Positions 41,950 to 52,896 are shown, counted from the stretch's first letter. The stretch: 64,000 nt of DNA from Synechococcales cyanobacterium PMM_0082 (GCA_949127865.1 CASBQR010000013.1:1277-65276), one strand, 5' to 3'. Made by a program: numbers and translations. Notes: generated by a model not told the origin, from the letters alone.

Positions 41950-44900
41950 TTAACTAAGAGTTAGCTTTTGTTCACATTTTTTTAGCGCAGTTTCTAGCTC
42001 TTTAATCTGAATCGGCTTACTCACATAATCATTCATCCCTACAGCGATACATTCTTCGCGATCGCCCTGCATGGCATTAGCGGTCATCGCAATAATGTAG
42101 GGAGATTCAAGTTCTGCATACTTGAGACGGATAGACTTAGTTGCTTCTTTGCCATCCATTTCTGGCATTTGAATATCCATTAATACCAAATCGTAAGGTT
42201 GCCGTTCCAAAGCATCTAGTACTTCTAAGCCATTAGCGGCACAATCGGCTTGATAGCCTAGCTTTTTTAAGATATGGATGGCAACTTTTTGGTTGACTTT
42301 ATTATCTTCAGCTAAAAGGATACGCAGAGATGAGCGTGAAACAGGATCAGGCTTAATTTGAGGACTTTCAGGAGACTGTCCCCTAGTAGAATTGTCGTCA
42401 CCTACTAATAGATGCTTGCCTGCTAAATGCGATCGAGAAATAAGGCTAGGCTGAGGAGATGGATCGGCTGTGATGGCAATTGTAAAGTAGAAGGTTGAGC
42501 CAGTTTTGCTCATTTCAACGGGGATAAAATCATCACTGGGATTGCCGATTTTATTTAAGGTCTCACCATGCCTACTTTCAACCCACATCGAGCCGCCCAT
42601 TAAATGACATAGCCGTTGGCTAATTGCTAACCCCAAACCAGTTCCGCCATAATTGCGAGTGGTAGAGGCATCAACTTGGCTAAATGCTTTAAATAATCTA
42701 GCCATAGCGTCTCGGGGAATGCCAATACCTGTATCTTGAATGGCAAATTGAATTAGGTAAGAAAACTGATTTTGGGGTTCTCTCTCTAAAAAATTCACAA
42801 CTACCGTTACTGCGCCTGAGGCTGTAAATTTTAGGGCATTACTAATTAAATTAACCAAGATTTGCCGTAGCCGAGTGACATCACCAATAAGTCTAGTTGG
42901 GGCTTCAGATTGCATTTGATAGCTAAGTTCTATGCCTTTTGCTGTTGCTATGGTAGCTAAGAGATCAATGGCTTCTTCGATGCAGGTGCGGAGGTTAAAA
43001 GGATATAGCTCTAGTTCGAGCTTGCCTGACTCAATTTTAGAGAAATCAAGGATGTCATTAATAATTGTCAGTAAGGAGTCACCACTGGTACGAATTGTGG
43101 AGAGGAAGTCATACTGCTGAGGCGTAACATCCATATCTAACAGTAATCCTGTCAGCCCAATTACTGCGTTCATCGGCGTTCTAATTTCATGACTCATGGT
43201 GGCGAGAAAGTCACTTTTGGCACGATTTGCACCTTCAGCAGCAGTTCGAGCTTGCTCAAGCGCCGTATTATTAATGGCTAATTTGGTGTTTAGCTTTTTT
43301 TCTTGTTGTAAGTGTTCGGCTTGAGCTAGGGCAATACCCACTTGACTGGCAATTGTTTCTAAAAATTGGGCTTCGTTAGGATGCCATTCTCGAACCTGTT
43401 GATAGGTATACAGTACAATCAATCCGTTAGGTTCGCATTGATAGGAAGTCCGAACTAAAAGCATTGATTCGGGTTCTATGGCTGAGTGGCGATCGCTTGG
43501 GATAAAAGTAAAAGCTTGATCTTGGTTTAAGCTGCTTTGAAAATTAGGGTGATCTTCTAGGGAAATATTGGTATCTAAAATCGAGATTAGACGGGATTTG
43601 GGTGCTAGGTATTCGGCGGCAATTTTAATCTGGGATGGAGGTTTATAGCTCAGAATTACACAGCGATCGACTGTAAAAGCTTTGCCAATTTGATCGGCGG
43701 CAGTTTGAAAAATATCTTGCGGTTCTAGGCTTTGGCGGATTTTTTCGGTAATTTTTGTCAAAAGCAGCGATCGCTGGAGCTGTTCATTAAGTTCTTCTTT
43801 AGCCTGATTACGTTCGATTTCACTGCCGATCCATTGACTCATTAACCGCAGAATGTTGCGATCGCAATTGGTAAAAAGTCCATGATCACTACTTGTTGTA
43901 AAACAAATCACGCCATAAATTTCGCCATGGACAAATATGCGGGCAGCAATATAATTATCGGCTTGCACAATATTTTGTTCGGGATGATCTCGCCACATAA
44001 ATCTATTGACATTAGTAATAGACATAGACTCAATTAAGCTGATTATCCGAGCATAGTTAGAGTCCAGTTCGCAAAATTGAAAAGCCCCAAACCTATACTG
44101 ATTATCAGGAGTTTCTGCTGCCACAACCTGATAATGATCGCCTACTAATTTAGCAACTATGGCAATGTCAAGCTCGAAGTAATCTCGCCCTAGGGTTAGA
44201 ATCTGAGCCAAGCGATCGCTAAAACTTAATTTTGGATCAGCAGTAATATCATAAAGATTACGGATAACTTGATCCCGTGCTTGCAGTTCTCGTTCAAATT
44301 TTAGGCGATCGCTAATATTAATGAGGTTGCAGTTAATGGCGACCAACTTACTATCATTTCGAATAAATGCAGCATTAATTGCAGCTTCAAAAATTTCGCC
44401 ATTTTGTTTGAGAATTTGCAGATCTAAATCATGAATTTCTCCTAAATTAATATGGTCTACCAAAGCCAAAGTAAAGGAATTTTGGCTTGTGGGTGTAAGA
44501 ATATCTAAAAATCGTACTTTGCCGATTAGTTGCTTGCGGTCGTAACCCAACATCAATAATTCGGTGTCATTGACATCTATAAATACTAAGTCTGAGTTAA
44601 GGGAGTGATAACCGCAGGGTGCTTGGTTATAGAGTTGTTGATATTTAGCGGCAGTTTGTTGAATTTCCTGTTCGATCAGGTATTGATATTGGCGATCGCT
44701 TAAAAATCTCTTTACAGCAAAGGCTATGAGCATAACCAGAACTGCGTATAGTGCCAACAGGGAATAACCTAGTTGCTCAGTGCGATCGGTAATACTGCTA
44801 ATTGGATCTCTTGATATCAGCTTCCAAGCTTGACAATTTTGGGGATTAGATGGATCGGGACAAATGGTATTAAAGGTAAAAATCCCATCGGCAGTTTGGA

Positions 44901-45684
44901 ACTGACCAGCAGCACGGTTTGAAATTTGTTGCCATGCTTCGGGAAATATATTACCAAATTTTTGATCTTGGCGATCGCTCAGCACATTACCCCACTCTTG
45001 CTCTTCAACTTCCCCCTGCAACCAAAATCCATTGGCATCGACCAAAGAGCATTGAATATTGATCCGTTGCAATGTGGATAAGCAGTTTTGCTTAATAATG
45101 TTAGTAATACTTGAACCCAATAAATCTATAGTTAAGAGTCCTAGTTTTTGATTTTGTCTAAATATATTTGTCGTAAAGGGAATAATTGGAGTCAGGTTAT
45201 TGGCAACTATGCCATTGTCGCGCCATGGTTGCCACGGAGATACAAGTACCTGATTTTTGCCTATATCTAGCATCAACTCAGGCTTATTCACTAATTTGAG
45301 AGGCTGAGATACTAATGGATTACCGTAAAAGAAGTTGATTTTGATTAATTCCCGCTCAAAAGGAAGAATCCATCTAACTTGATCATAGTTAGGTTGCCGT
45401 TTGAGAAATTCTAAAAATCTGGCTACAACTTTTTGCTTGTAATCTTGGGATAACTCAGGTTTGGAACCAACTAATCGTGACAAGGTAAATAGATCAGACC
45501 TAGTATCTATTAAAACTTTGGTAATCAGTTTTGATTGCTGTTCTATCCTGATTGATTCCCTTGCTTCAATTTGGGTTGTGATAACAGTATATTGTCCCCA
45601 ATAGACTGCCGCAAATAATCCGCCTACGAGTCCAGAGATTGGTAGAAAAATTTTTAAGAATTGCGATCGCTTAGCCAATTTCAT
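41950..45684 (-). CDS. Membrane hybrid sensor histidine kinase (Cache-like, PAS, 2xGAF, HisKA, HATPase, REC)
   Basis: Two TMs, APCGYHS PAS, GAF domains, MSHEIRTPMN, NLISNALKFT, GGTGLGLAI, LLAEDN...MDIQMP...MTANA...KP. Confidence 0.93.
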   Translation of the reverse strand: MKLAKRSQFLKIFLPISGLVGGLFAAVYWGQYTVITTQIEARESIRIEQQSKLITKVLIDTRSDLFTLSRLVGSKPELSQDYKQKVVARFLEFLKRQPNYDQVRWILPFERELIKINFFYGNPLVSQPLKLVNKPELMLDIGKNQVLVSPWQPWRDNGIVANNLTPIIPFTTNIFRQNQKLGLLTIDLLGSSITNIIKQNCLSTLQRINIQCSLVDANGFWLQGEVEEQEWGNVLSDRQDQKFGNIFPEAWQQISNRAAGQFQTADGIFTFNTICPDPSNPQNCQAWKLISRDPISSITDRTEQLGYSLLALYAVLVMLIAFAVKRFLSDRQYQYLIEQEIQQTAAKYQQLYNQAPCGYHSLNSDLVFIDVNDTELLMLGYDRKQLIGKVRFLDILTPTSQNSFTLALVDHINLGEIHDLDLQILKQNGEIFEAAINAAFIRNDSKLVAINCNLINISDRLKFERELQARDQVIRNLYDITADPKLSFSDRLAQILTLGRDYFELDIAIVAKLVGDHYQVVAAETPDNQYRFGAFQFCELDSNYARIISLIESMSITNVNRFMWRDHPEQNIVQADNYIAARIFVHGEIYGVICFTTSSDHGLFTNCDRNILRLMSQWIGSEIERNQAKEELNEQLQRSLLLTKITEKIRQSLEPQDIFQTAADQIGKAFTVDRCVILSYKPPSQIKIAAEYLAPKSRLISILDTNISLEDHPNFQSSLNQDQAFTFIPSDRHSAIEPESMLLVRTSYQCEPNGLIVLYTYQQVREWHPNEAQFLETIASQVGIALAQAEHLQQEKKLNTKLAINNTALEQARTAAEGANRAKSDFLATMSHEIRTPMNAVIGLTGLLLDMDVTPQQYDFLSTIRTSGDSLLTIINDILDFSKIESGKLELELYPFNLRTCIEEAIDLLATIATAKGIELSYQMQSEAPTRLIGDVTRLRQILVNLISNALKFTASGAVTVVVNFLEREPQNQFSYLIQFAIQDTGIGIPRDAMARLFKAFSQVDASTTRNYGGTGLGLAISQRLCHLMGGSMWVESRHGETLNKIGNPSDDFIPVEMSKTGSTFYFTIAITADPSPQPSLISRSHLAGKHLLVGDDNSTRGQSPESPQIKPDPVSRSSLRILLAEDNKVNQKVAIHILKKLGYQADCAANGLEVLDALERQPYDLVLMDIQMPEMDGKEATKSIRLKYAELESPYIIAMTANAMQGDREECIAVGMNDYVSKPIQIKELETALKKCEQKLTLS

Positions 45685-45878
45685 CGAGGTATTATCAATA
45701 TCTGGTCGAAATTAAAAGTGTAACAACTCCCAATACCGACACTTTACGCATACAGTGCAGGTTTCTCAGCAACACCAACTACTACTTCAGTTACACCAGT
45801 TCGCTTTAATCACTCCACGCCAATATTTTAATATTAATCGCAGTATTCAGATCAGGATTCAATTCTAAATCACAAACA

Positions 45879-45979
45879 TAGAACTTACGCAGCTTGATAT
45901 CAAGAGGAGGTCGCACCCTTTGCAATTCTGGATTCTGAATTATCTGCTTGATCGGCAGCAATTAGATACGTAACTGCTA
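45879..45979. repeat. Degenerate MITE-like element
   Basis: tagaacttacgca ... tacgtaactgcta (10/13 inverted match), TA ends; resembles the cyanobacterial TAGGACTTACGCA...TGCGTAAGTCCTA repeats. Confidence 0.35.
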
Positions 45980-46207
45980 AGTTATTCTAATCGTGGGACG
46001 ATTTAGGGTTAAGCCAATTAGTACGGTTAATTATGGCTTCTACAGAGCTTAGAATGTTGGCATCTATGTCTGGAGCAATGTCAACAAGATATTCACATTG
46101 AGCGATCGCCGAAGTTCTCAGATAATTCCATAAGCAAGCAAATTTGGTTATCTGCGTCATATCATTGATAGAGCATACTAGCTATCTGTAAATCATCTAC
46201 AAATTCA

Positions 46208-46669
46208 GTGAACGAAACTATTAAGAGATTTTCTAGGCTCACGCCTGTGGTGATTGCATTGTGTTATTGCCTCTACGGTTGGGGCTTAACTATAATCAGT
46301 GCGCCATTTCTATACTGGGCGATCGCTTTGGGTATAGGCGCATTTTTAAGTATGACAGTTACCTATTCCTTCATAGTGTCTTTACCAACCACCTTACTGG
46401 CTTCAATTTTTGTAGTGACCCCGTTAGCCCTTAATGTCGTCATAATTCGAGGTAATGATTTCTTGGTAGAGTTTGCCAATCGGTTTAGCAATATATTTTT
46501 ATTTGGAATTCTTGCGACCGTAATTGCGATGTTGTGGTTTTCGTCGTTGTTTTGGTCGCATCGAGTTCTAAACAAGACTGATTTGAGTACCAGACAAATT
46601 ATTGGAATTTTAACTGGTTGTAGTTGGCTAGGCTTAGGATTAGGACGGTTGCTGGGAATATGGTATTAA
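46208..46669 (+). CDS. Hypothetical integral membrane protein
   Basis: Hydrophobic ORF with about 5 TM segments, overlapping the gpsA start. Confidence 0.65.
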   Translation: MNETIKRFSRLTPVVIALCYCLYGWGLTIISAPFLYWAIALGIGAFLSMTVTYSFIVSLPTTLLASIFVVTPLALNVVIIRGNDFLVEFANRFSNIFLFGILATVIAMLWFSSLFWSHRVLNKTDLSTRQIIGILTGCSWLGLGLGRLLGIWY

Positions 46670-47571
46670 CCGTAATTGGCTCTGGAGCATGGGGACAGGC
46701 TTTAGCGAAATTAGCAAAGGCAAATGGGCATGAAGTATTGATCTGGTCTAGGCGTAGTGAGTTTAGTTTAGAAAATGCGATCGCTCAAAGTGAAATTATT
46801 GTCTCTGCTGTATCTATGCAAGGAGTTAGTGGCATTGCTGGACAAGTGGGAGCATTATCTATAAATCCAAACCTAATTTTAGTCACGGCAACTAAAGGGC
46901 TAGAACCTCAAACTGGAGCTACTCCTTCGCAAATTTGGCAAAATGCCCTGCCTAATCAGGCGATCGTGGTTTTATCGGGACCCAATTTATCTAAGGAAAT
47001 TAGTTTGGGTTTACCTGCGGCAACTGTGGCAGCGAGTTTAGATTTGGCGGCGGCTGTATCTGTACAAAATCTACTTGCTTCTAAAAATTTTCGAGTCTAT
47101 ACCAACTCTGATCCCATAGGCGTAGAACTGGGGGGAACTCTAAAAAATGTGGTGGCGATCGCTGTGGGTGTATGTGATGGGCTGAAACTAGGAACTAATG
47201 CTAAGGCGGCTTTGATTACGCGATCGCTTCCAGAAATTATGCAAGTAGGTAAATATTTTGGGGCAAAACCAGAAACTTTTTGGGGCTTATCTGGACTTGG
47301 AGATTTACTGGCAACCTGTAGTAGTAACCTCAGTCGCAATTATCAAGTGGGCTATGGCTTGGGCGAGGGCAAAACCTTAGAACAAATTCTGGAAAACTTA
47401 GAAGGCACGGCGGAAGGTGTAAATACGGCTAGGGTTCTGCATGATTTGAGCGATCGCCTAGGGATTACTTTACCAATTTGCAACTATGTTTACCGCTTGC
47501 TAAACCATGAAATTACGCCAATCCAAGCTGTAGAAGGTCTAATGGAGCGGGATTTGAAATCGGAGTTATAA
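46660..47571 (+). CDS. gpsA: NAD(P)H-dependent glycerol-3-phosphate dehydrogenase
   Basis: IGSGAWG, ATKGLE, SGPN, GGTLKNVVAI, GLGDL...SRN; start ATG 46660. Confidence 0.95.
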   Translation: MVLTVIGSGAWGQALAKLAKANGHEVLIWSRRSEFSLENAIAQSEIIVSAVSMQGVSGIAGQVGALSINPNLILVTATKGLEPQTGATPSQIWQNALPNQAIVVLSGPNLSKEISLGLPAATVAASLDLAAAVSVQNLLASKNFRVYTNSDPIGVELGGTLKNVVAIAVGVCDGLKLGTNAKAALITRSLPEIMQVGKYFGAKPETFWGLSGLGDLLATCSSNLSRNYQVGYGLGEGKTLEQILENLEGTAEGVNTARVLHDLSDRLGITLPICNYVYRLLNHEITPIQAVEGLMERDLKSEL

Positions 47572-47573
47572 AC

Positions 47574-48290
47574 CTAATCAGTAGCCCAAGCAGGAATTAT
47601 CTGCCATACCTCACGCAATTGTGGATCAAGAACCTGATAATTTGGCTCAAACTTTTTCACTAGTTGCCAGAATTTACCAGAGTGATTCATGTGCATCGTA
47701 TGACAGAGTTCATGGATCAATACATACCTAGCAAGGGCTGGGGGCAGAAATAGCAGTTTATAATTTAGGCTAATATTTTTAGCTTGGGAGCAACTTCCCC
47801 AGAGCGTCTTTTGCTGTCTGATCGTAACTTTGCTGAAGGGTAAACCAATCTCAAGGCTAATCTTTTTTAACTCTTTGGCTAAATAGCGATCGCCCATATT
47901 CAAAAGCCAATGACGTAATACTTGATGACAGAGATCGGGAGAGTTTGTATTTAAAACTAGCTTCAGGTTTGGGTTTTCACTGTATGTGCCAAATTTGGGA
48001 GCAATTTTAGGCTCGGTATAGACTACTTCCCAAGTTTGGGCGATCGCCTGCAAATTAATCTGACTGGGCAGTAGGGGTTGGGATTTATGAAACTCAGTTC
48101 GGGCTTGGGCTTTACCTAAATTTTTAGTGATCCATGCTTGCTTTGCCAGTAAAAGCGGTTCAATCCGAGCTTGATCGTAGTCCTTGGGGACAATTACCTC
48201 TAAGCCATACTCACTGGAAATCCTTAGTCTTAAATATTTAGCGCGATCGCTAATCTGAATTGTGTAGGTTGGTAATAGTGATTTAGCCAT
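47574..48290 (-). CDS. YgjP/DUF45 zinc metalloprotease-like protein
   Basis: QKTLWGSCS, YVLIHELCH, NHSGKFW. Confidence 0.88.
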   Translation of the reverse strand: MAKSLLPTYTIQISDRAKYLRLRISSEYGLEVIVPKDYDQARIEPLLLAKQAWITKNLGKAQARTEFHKSQPLLPSQINLQAIAQTWEVVYTEPKIAPKFGTYSENPNLKLVLNTNSPDLCHQVLRHWLLNMGDRYLAKELKKISLEIGLPFSKVTIRQQKTLWGSCSQAKNISLNYKLLFLPPALARYVLIHELCHTMHMNHSGKFWQLVKKFEPNYQVLDPQLREVWQIIPAWATD

Positions 48291-48403
48291 GGAAATATTT
48301 TCTACCTATCTTAAAATTAATTCAATAAATACTACTGCCGCTTAGTTAAGATATATGTAGACAATTAAAATTATGGTTTTAGCTCTAAGAAATAGTAGGT
48401 TAT

Positions 48404-49720
48404 ATGTTTGACGTTTTAATAATCGGTGGTGGTATGGTAGGAGCCACTCTTGCCAGTGCTTTACACTCAAATCCACGGTTAAAAGTTGGCATCATTGAAA
48501 CCAAAGCCGAACTATTACAGGGGGAATTTAGTGCTGATGGACGTGCCAGTGCTGTAGCTCTTGGTTCCAGTCAGATTTGGCAAAAAATTGGAGTGTGGGG
48601 CGGAATGCTCAAACGGGGCGTAACTCCCATGCATTGCATTCAAGTTTCCGATGGCAACTATAGTCAAAAAGTTTCTTTACTTCGAGAAGATATAAACGAA
48701 GAAGCTTTGGGCTATGTGATCGAAAATCAAGTTACTCAAGCTGCTCTGTGGGAATTTATTAAGGAATGTCCAAATATTGAGCTAATTTGTCCTGCCAAAA
48801 TTGTGGATATTGTCCGTGAGTCTAACGAATACCTGACCGTTCAGGTTGATTCAGGTAACCAAATTATTAATCTCAAAACAAAACTCTTAGTTGGTGCCGA
48901 TGGTGGGCGATCGCTCGTCAGAAACCTAGCCGAAATCTCCATATCCGAAAAACTCTACGATCAAACCTGCATTGTGGTGACGGTTAAAACCGAGTTTCCC
49001 CATGAAAATATTGCCTACGAGAGATTTCAACCCAGTGGTCCCTTTGCTTTGTTACCTTTACCGAAAGAGAATCGCTTTTGTATTGTGTGGACAGCTAAAA
49101 ATTCTGAGGCTGGCGAGATTTTAGGATTGGAAGATGAAAAGTTTATGCAGGAACTCAGATCTCGACTTGGTACGGAATTATTAGAAAAATTGGGCACTAT
49201 TTCCCTTGAGAGTAAAACCCGTGCTAGTTACAACCCACGCTGGATGCATAGTCAGACCTACATTCAACCCAGATTGGCACTAATTGGTGATGCGGCACAT
49301 ACGACCCATCCTGTGGCAGGTCAAGGTATGAATTTAGGAATTAGAGATGCTGGAGCGATCGCCGAGATTATTTTAACTGCCTTTACCCAAGGTGAAGATA
49401 TTGGCTCTATGGCTGTGTTAAAGCGTTACCAAGGCTGGCGACGATGGGATAACTGGGCGGTGATCACAGTTACGGATATTACTAATCGTTTATTTTCTAA
49501 TCAGTTTTGGCTATTTCAACTAATTCGGCGGATTGGCTTAGCGATCGCATCATTTCTGCCATTCAAAAAGATTCTGATGTATTTCATGATGGGATTAGTA
49601 GGTCGGCAACCGAATTTATCTCAAAAAACCAGATCTCAAAAAACCAGATCTCAAAATCTAGAAACATATCCAGAGATCGCTACAATAAGCACGATCACAC
49701 CCAAAGCTCTACGAAAATAA
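48404..49720 (+). CDS. FAD-dependent hydroxylase, UbiH/COQ6 family
   Basis: IIGGGMVG, GADGGRS, GPFALLP, LIGDAAH..HPVAGQGMNLGIRD. Confidence 0.9.
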   Translation: MFDVLIIGGGMVGATLASALHSNPRLKVGIIETKAELLQGEFSADGRASAVALGSSQIWQKIGVWGGMLKRGVTPMHCIQVSDGNYSQKVSLLREDINEEALGYVIENQVTQAALWEFIKECPNIELICPAKIVDIVRESNEYLTVQVDSGNQIINLKTKLLVGADGGRSLVRNLAEISISEKLYDQTCIVVTVKTEFPHENIAYERFQPSGPFALLPLPKENRFCIVWTAKNSEAGEILGLEDEKFMQELRSRLGTELLEKLGTISLESKTRASYNPRWMHSQTYIQPRLALIGDAAHTTHPVAGQGMNLGIRDAGAIAEIILTAFTQGEDIGSMAVLKRYQGWRRWDNWAVITVTDITNRLFSNQFWLFQLIRRIGLAIASFLPFKKILMYFMMGLVGRQPNLSQKTRSQKTRSQNLETYPEIATISTITPKALRK

Positions 49721-49977
49721 TTAACCCCTTGATATATTTCTTCCCAAGCCCAAGTAAACAACAATCCAAAGGCGATCGCATCCAACTGCATCCCGATTTT
49801 ACCCGTTGTAAAAATTAGCTTGAGTAAGGTGATGACAATCCAGCAAATAAGCGGCAGGTTTGGGGTTTGAGCTAGTACGATTTCACCATTGCGATCGCGG
49901 AAAATTTTGTCGAATAACGTATTTCCAATATTTTCAGCTTTTTGGCTAGAGGTATCTGATTCTGGTTCCGAACTCAT
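49651..49977 (-). CDS. Conserved small membrane protein
   Basis: FRDRNGEIVLAQTPNLPL...WAWEEIYQGVNYFRR; convergent overlap with the upstream gene. Confidence 0.7.
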   Translation of the reverse strand: MSSEPESDTSSQKAENIGNTLFDKIFRDRNGEIVLAQTPNLPLICWIVITLLKLIFTTGKIGMQLDAIAFGLLFTWAWEEIYQGVNYFRRALGVIVLIVAISGYVSRF

Positions 49978-50069
49978 GGTAATTACCTCTCAATATTCAT
50001 ATTCTGAGCCTAGCATAGCTAATTTTCTTTTATCTCTACCCTTAGATTTATAAAGATAGATCCAGAGAA

Positions 50070-50837
50070 TCACAAGATCACAGAATTAGGAGAAGAAGTA
50101 TTAAAGGTTTGATCGGAGCTTAAATAGCCATCCACCATTTTGATCATGCGATCGGCAACATCTAAAATCCGATTGTCGTGAGTGACCATCAAAATCGTTA
50201 ACCCATCTTCCTTTGCTAGCTTTTGCATCAGCGTCACCACATCTCGTCCCGATTGCTTATCAAGGGCGGCAGTTGGTTCATCAGCTAGGATTAATTGGGG
50301 TTTATTTACTAAAGCCCGTGCGATCGCTACCCTTTGTTTTTGTCCCCCTGAAAGCGCAGAAGGACGATAATCTACTCGATCTGCCAAACCTAACTTACTG
50401 AGAATCTCCACAGATTTTTGAGTGGGACTGTAGTTGGAATCGTAGGGCATTAAATCAGCAGACATTTGTACATTTTGTCTAGCCGTTAACGAATGAAATA
50501 AATTATGTGCCTGAAAGATAAAACCAATATTTTTTCTGATTTCTACTAACTGCGATTTACCCATACCAATAATTTGACGATTTAGAACTTCTAATCTCCC
50601 TTCATGGGCAGTGCGTAATGCGCCAATCAAAGTCAGCAGAGTTGTTTTGCCAGAGCCAGAAGGTCCCGTCATAATCACAATTTCACCTCGATATAACTCT
50701 AGGTTGATATCAAAAAGTGCCTGTTTTTTTAAGTCACCTTCACCAAAATAAAAATTTAGTCCAGATATTTTGACAGAAGGGGTTAATACGGGAGTTAAAA
50801 TTTGGTTCTGAGAAATTGGTACTAATGATTCAATCAT
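50070..50837 (-). CDS. DevA-family ABC transporter ATP-binding protein
   Basis: GPSGSGKTT, LSGGQKQR, ADEPTAALD, VTHDNRI. Confidence 0.9.
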   Translation of the reverse strand: MIESLVPISQNQILTPVLTPSVKISGLNFYFGEGDLKKQALFDINLELYRGEIVIMTGPSGSGKTTLLTLIGALRTAHEGRLEVLNRQIIGMGKSQLVEIRKNIGFIFQAHNLFHSLTARQNVQMSADLMPYDSNYSPTQKSVEILSKLGLADRVDYRPSALSGGQKQRVAIARALVNKPQLILADEPTAALDKQSGRDVVTLMQKLAKEDGLTILMVTHDNRILDVADRMIKMVDGYLSSDQTFNTSSPNSVIL

Positions 50838-50934
50838 GAAATATCTGTAGGGTTATGGGAGAGTTTACAATACAAATTAATTCTACAATCTACAAATATT
50901 ATTATTAATTGGCTGTTAGAGGTCTGGAGAGAAT

Positions 50935-51666
50935 ATGGCGGACGAACAAATCAGTTTATTTAATTTCGACCAAGATCAAGCTTTGGATCAAACTATCAAG
51001 TCAAATCCTCCTCAAAATGCCATCAAATCCAAAAAAACAGCCCCAATAATTTCAATAACAACTTTAGATAAAGTATACGCGGATTTAGATGAGCTTAAAA
51101 CTGAGGCGATCGCTTGCCAAAAGTGCAATTTAGCGAAAACTCGGACTAATGTAGTGGTGGAAAGGGGCAATCGTACTGCCATGATTATGATTATTGGCGA
51201 AGCTCCTGGTGAAAGTGAAGATCAAACAGGACTACCATTTGTAGGGCGATCGGGGCAGCTTTTAGATAAAATTTTGGCATCTGCAAACTTCGAGCCCGCC
51301 CAAGATGTGTATATTTGTAATATTAATAAATGCCGCCCACCTGAAAACCGTGTACCCACTAAAGACGAAGTATCAGCTTGTAAACCCTACCTTCTAGAAC
51401 AAATTCGCCTAGTTAATCCTAAAATTATTTTACTCACTGGGGCGACTGCCGTTAAGGCAATTACAGGTGATAAAGGCAAGATGACTGAAATTCGAGGACA
51501 ATGGAGTCAATGGGAGGGACGTTGGGTAATGCCAATTTTCCATCCAGCCTATCTATTACGCAATGCTAGCCGTGAAGAGGGAAGCCCTAAATGGTTGATG
51601 TGGCAAGACATTAAGGAAGTAAAAGCCAAGTATCTAGAATTTAAAAGTGCCGAAGAAAATTTCTAA
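50935..51666 (+). CDS. Uracil-DNA glycosylase family 4
   Basis: CQKC Fe-S motif, GEAPG, PFVG, KCRPPENR, HPAYLLR. Confidence 0.92.
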   Translation: MADEQISLFNFDQDQALDQTIKSNPPQNAIKSKKTAPIISITTLDKVYADLDELKTEAIACQKCNLAKTRTNVVVERGNRTAMIMIIGEAPGESEDQTGLPFVGRSGQLLDKILASANFEPAQDVYICNINKCRPPENRVPTKDEVSACKPYLLEQIRLVNPKIILLTGATAVKAITGDKGKMTEIRGQWSQWEGRWVMPIFHPAYLLRNASREEGSPKWLMWQDIKEVKAKYLEFKSAEENF

Positions 51667-51737
51667 CCTCACTGCATTATTTAGTAGTGCTAGATCTTAA
51701 GCAATAATTATATATAAATTCGATTAAATAACGTCCT

Positions 51738-52091
51738 ATGAGCAACTCAGATGATTTAGAAGAAAGATTTCGCCAACTAGAGCGAGAAGTTAATAACAAA
51801 TTTGAAACTCCGATGAAGAGTGCTAATCCATTTAAATCTGAATTTAATCAAGCTTCAGAAAATACGGTAGAAACAGCTAAAACTAGCCTATCTGGACTGG
51901 TAAATTGGATTAATAGTTTGACGGGTGTAACTAAAATTATAGCGATCGCCGTAGTTGGGATTCTCACCTTTGCCATTGTCAAATTTTTAGTGAATATAGT
52001 AGCAGCAGCAGTTTCTTTAGCTTTTATGCTAGCGATCGCCTATCTACTTTACAAGGTATTCTTTGAAACACCATCATCACCGAAATCATGA
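51738..52091 (+). CDS. Hypothetical membrane protein
   Basis: Coiled N-terminus, two C-terminal TM segments. Confidence 0.65.
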   Translation: MSNSDDLEERFRQLEREVNNKFETPMKSANPFKSEFNQASENTVETAKTSLSGLVNWINSLTGVTKIIAIAVVGILTFAIVKFLVNIVAAAVSLAFMLAIAYLLYKVFFETPSSPKS

Positions 52092-52291
52092 GCCATTCCC
52101 TCCAGCAATTAGATCAGATCATCAATGATTTAGATCAAGCTGTTCTCAATATGAACCCTCATAATTTTTCTGAGTATATGCAATTTTTAGAAAAACCCGA
52201 AGTCCTAATGCAGAAGCTAATCAAAGCCCACGATCGCCAAATTATTATAGCTATAATTCACCACGATCAAAAAATAAGTAAAAAAAATTGA
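52088..52291 (+). CDS. Small hypothetical protein
   Basis: 67-aa ORF with 4-nt overlaps to both neighbours. Confidence 0.5.
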   Translation: MSHSLQQLDQIINDLDQAVLNMNPHNFSEYMQFLEKPEVLMQKLIKAHDRQIIIAIIHHDQKISKKN

Positions 52292-52896
52292 TAACCAAGG
52301 TAATTTCCTACCCAGTTGTAGAAATTTTTCATTCTATCCAAGGCGAAGGTACATGGGCAGGTACTAACGCTGTTTTTATCCGCCTCGGTGGTTGTGATGT
52401 CCACTGCGGATTTTGTGATACCAAAGAATCATGGAATGCTAATTTACATCCTCTCCAAACCGTTGATGATATTGCCAAAGTTGTGGGTAAGCTGAAGCCA
52501 GCGATCGCCGTAATAACTGGAGGTGAACCATTAATGCATAATCTCGATCCCCTAACCGATGCTATAAAAAAATGGCAAATCCCTATACATCTTGAGACCT
52601 CTGGGGCGCATCCCAAAAGTGGCACATTTGATTGGGTTACACTTTCACCCAAGACTTTTAAGCCCCCGCATCCCAGTGTTTATAGCCAAGTTCAAGAATT
52701 AAAAGTAGTCATATCTAGTCCCAGCGATCTTCAGTGGGCAGAGGAGCAAGCAACCTTGGTAAGTTCTGATACCCTTAAGTATTTGCAACCAGAATGGGGT
52801 AATTCCTCATCACAGGAGCTAATCCTTAACTATGTGTTGGCACATCCTAAGTGGCGCATGAGCTTGCAAACCCATAAATATCTTGGGGTAAGGTAA
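52288..52896 (+). CDS. queE: 7-carboxy-7-deazaguanine synthase (radical SAM)
   Basis: FHSIQGEG, CxxxCxxC ([10 protein letters not shown]), ITGGEP, ETSG, SPK, QTHKY. Confidence 0.93.
   Translation: MITKVISYPVVEIFHSIQGEGTWAGTNAVFIRLGGCDVHCGFCDTKESWNANLHPLQTVDDIAKVVGKLKPAIAVITGGEPLMHNLDPLTDAIKKWQIPIHLETSGAHPKSGTFDWVTLSPKTFKPPHPSVYSQVQELKVVISSPSDLQWAEEQATLVSSDTLKYLQPEWGNSSSQELILNYVLAHPKWRMSLQTHKYLGVR

Noticed and set aside
41920-41955. 13-bp tandem repeat ttttttaacttgc between convergent genes
   Set aside because: Short low-complexity duplication with no spacers.
49619-49662. Tandem tctcaaaaaaccaga repeats at the hydroxylase 3' end
   Set aside because: A small slippage duplication extending a C-terminal tail; no evidence of function.
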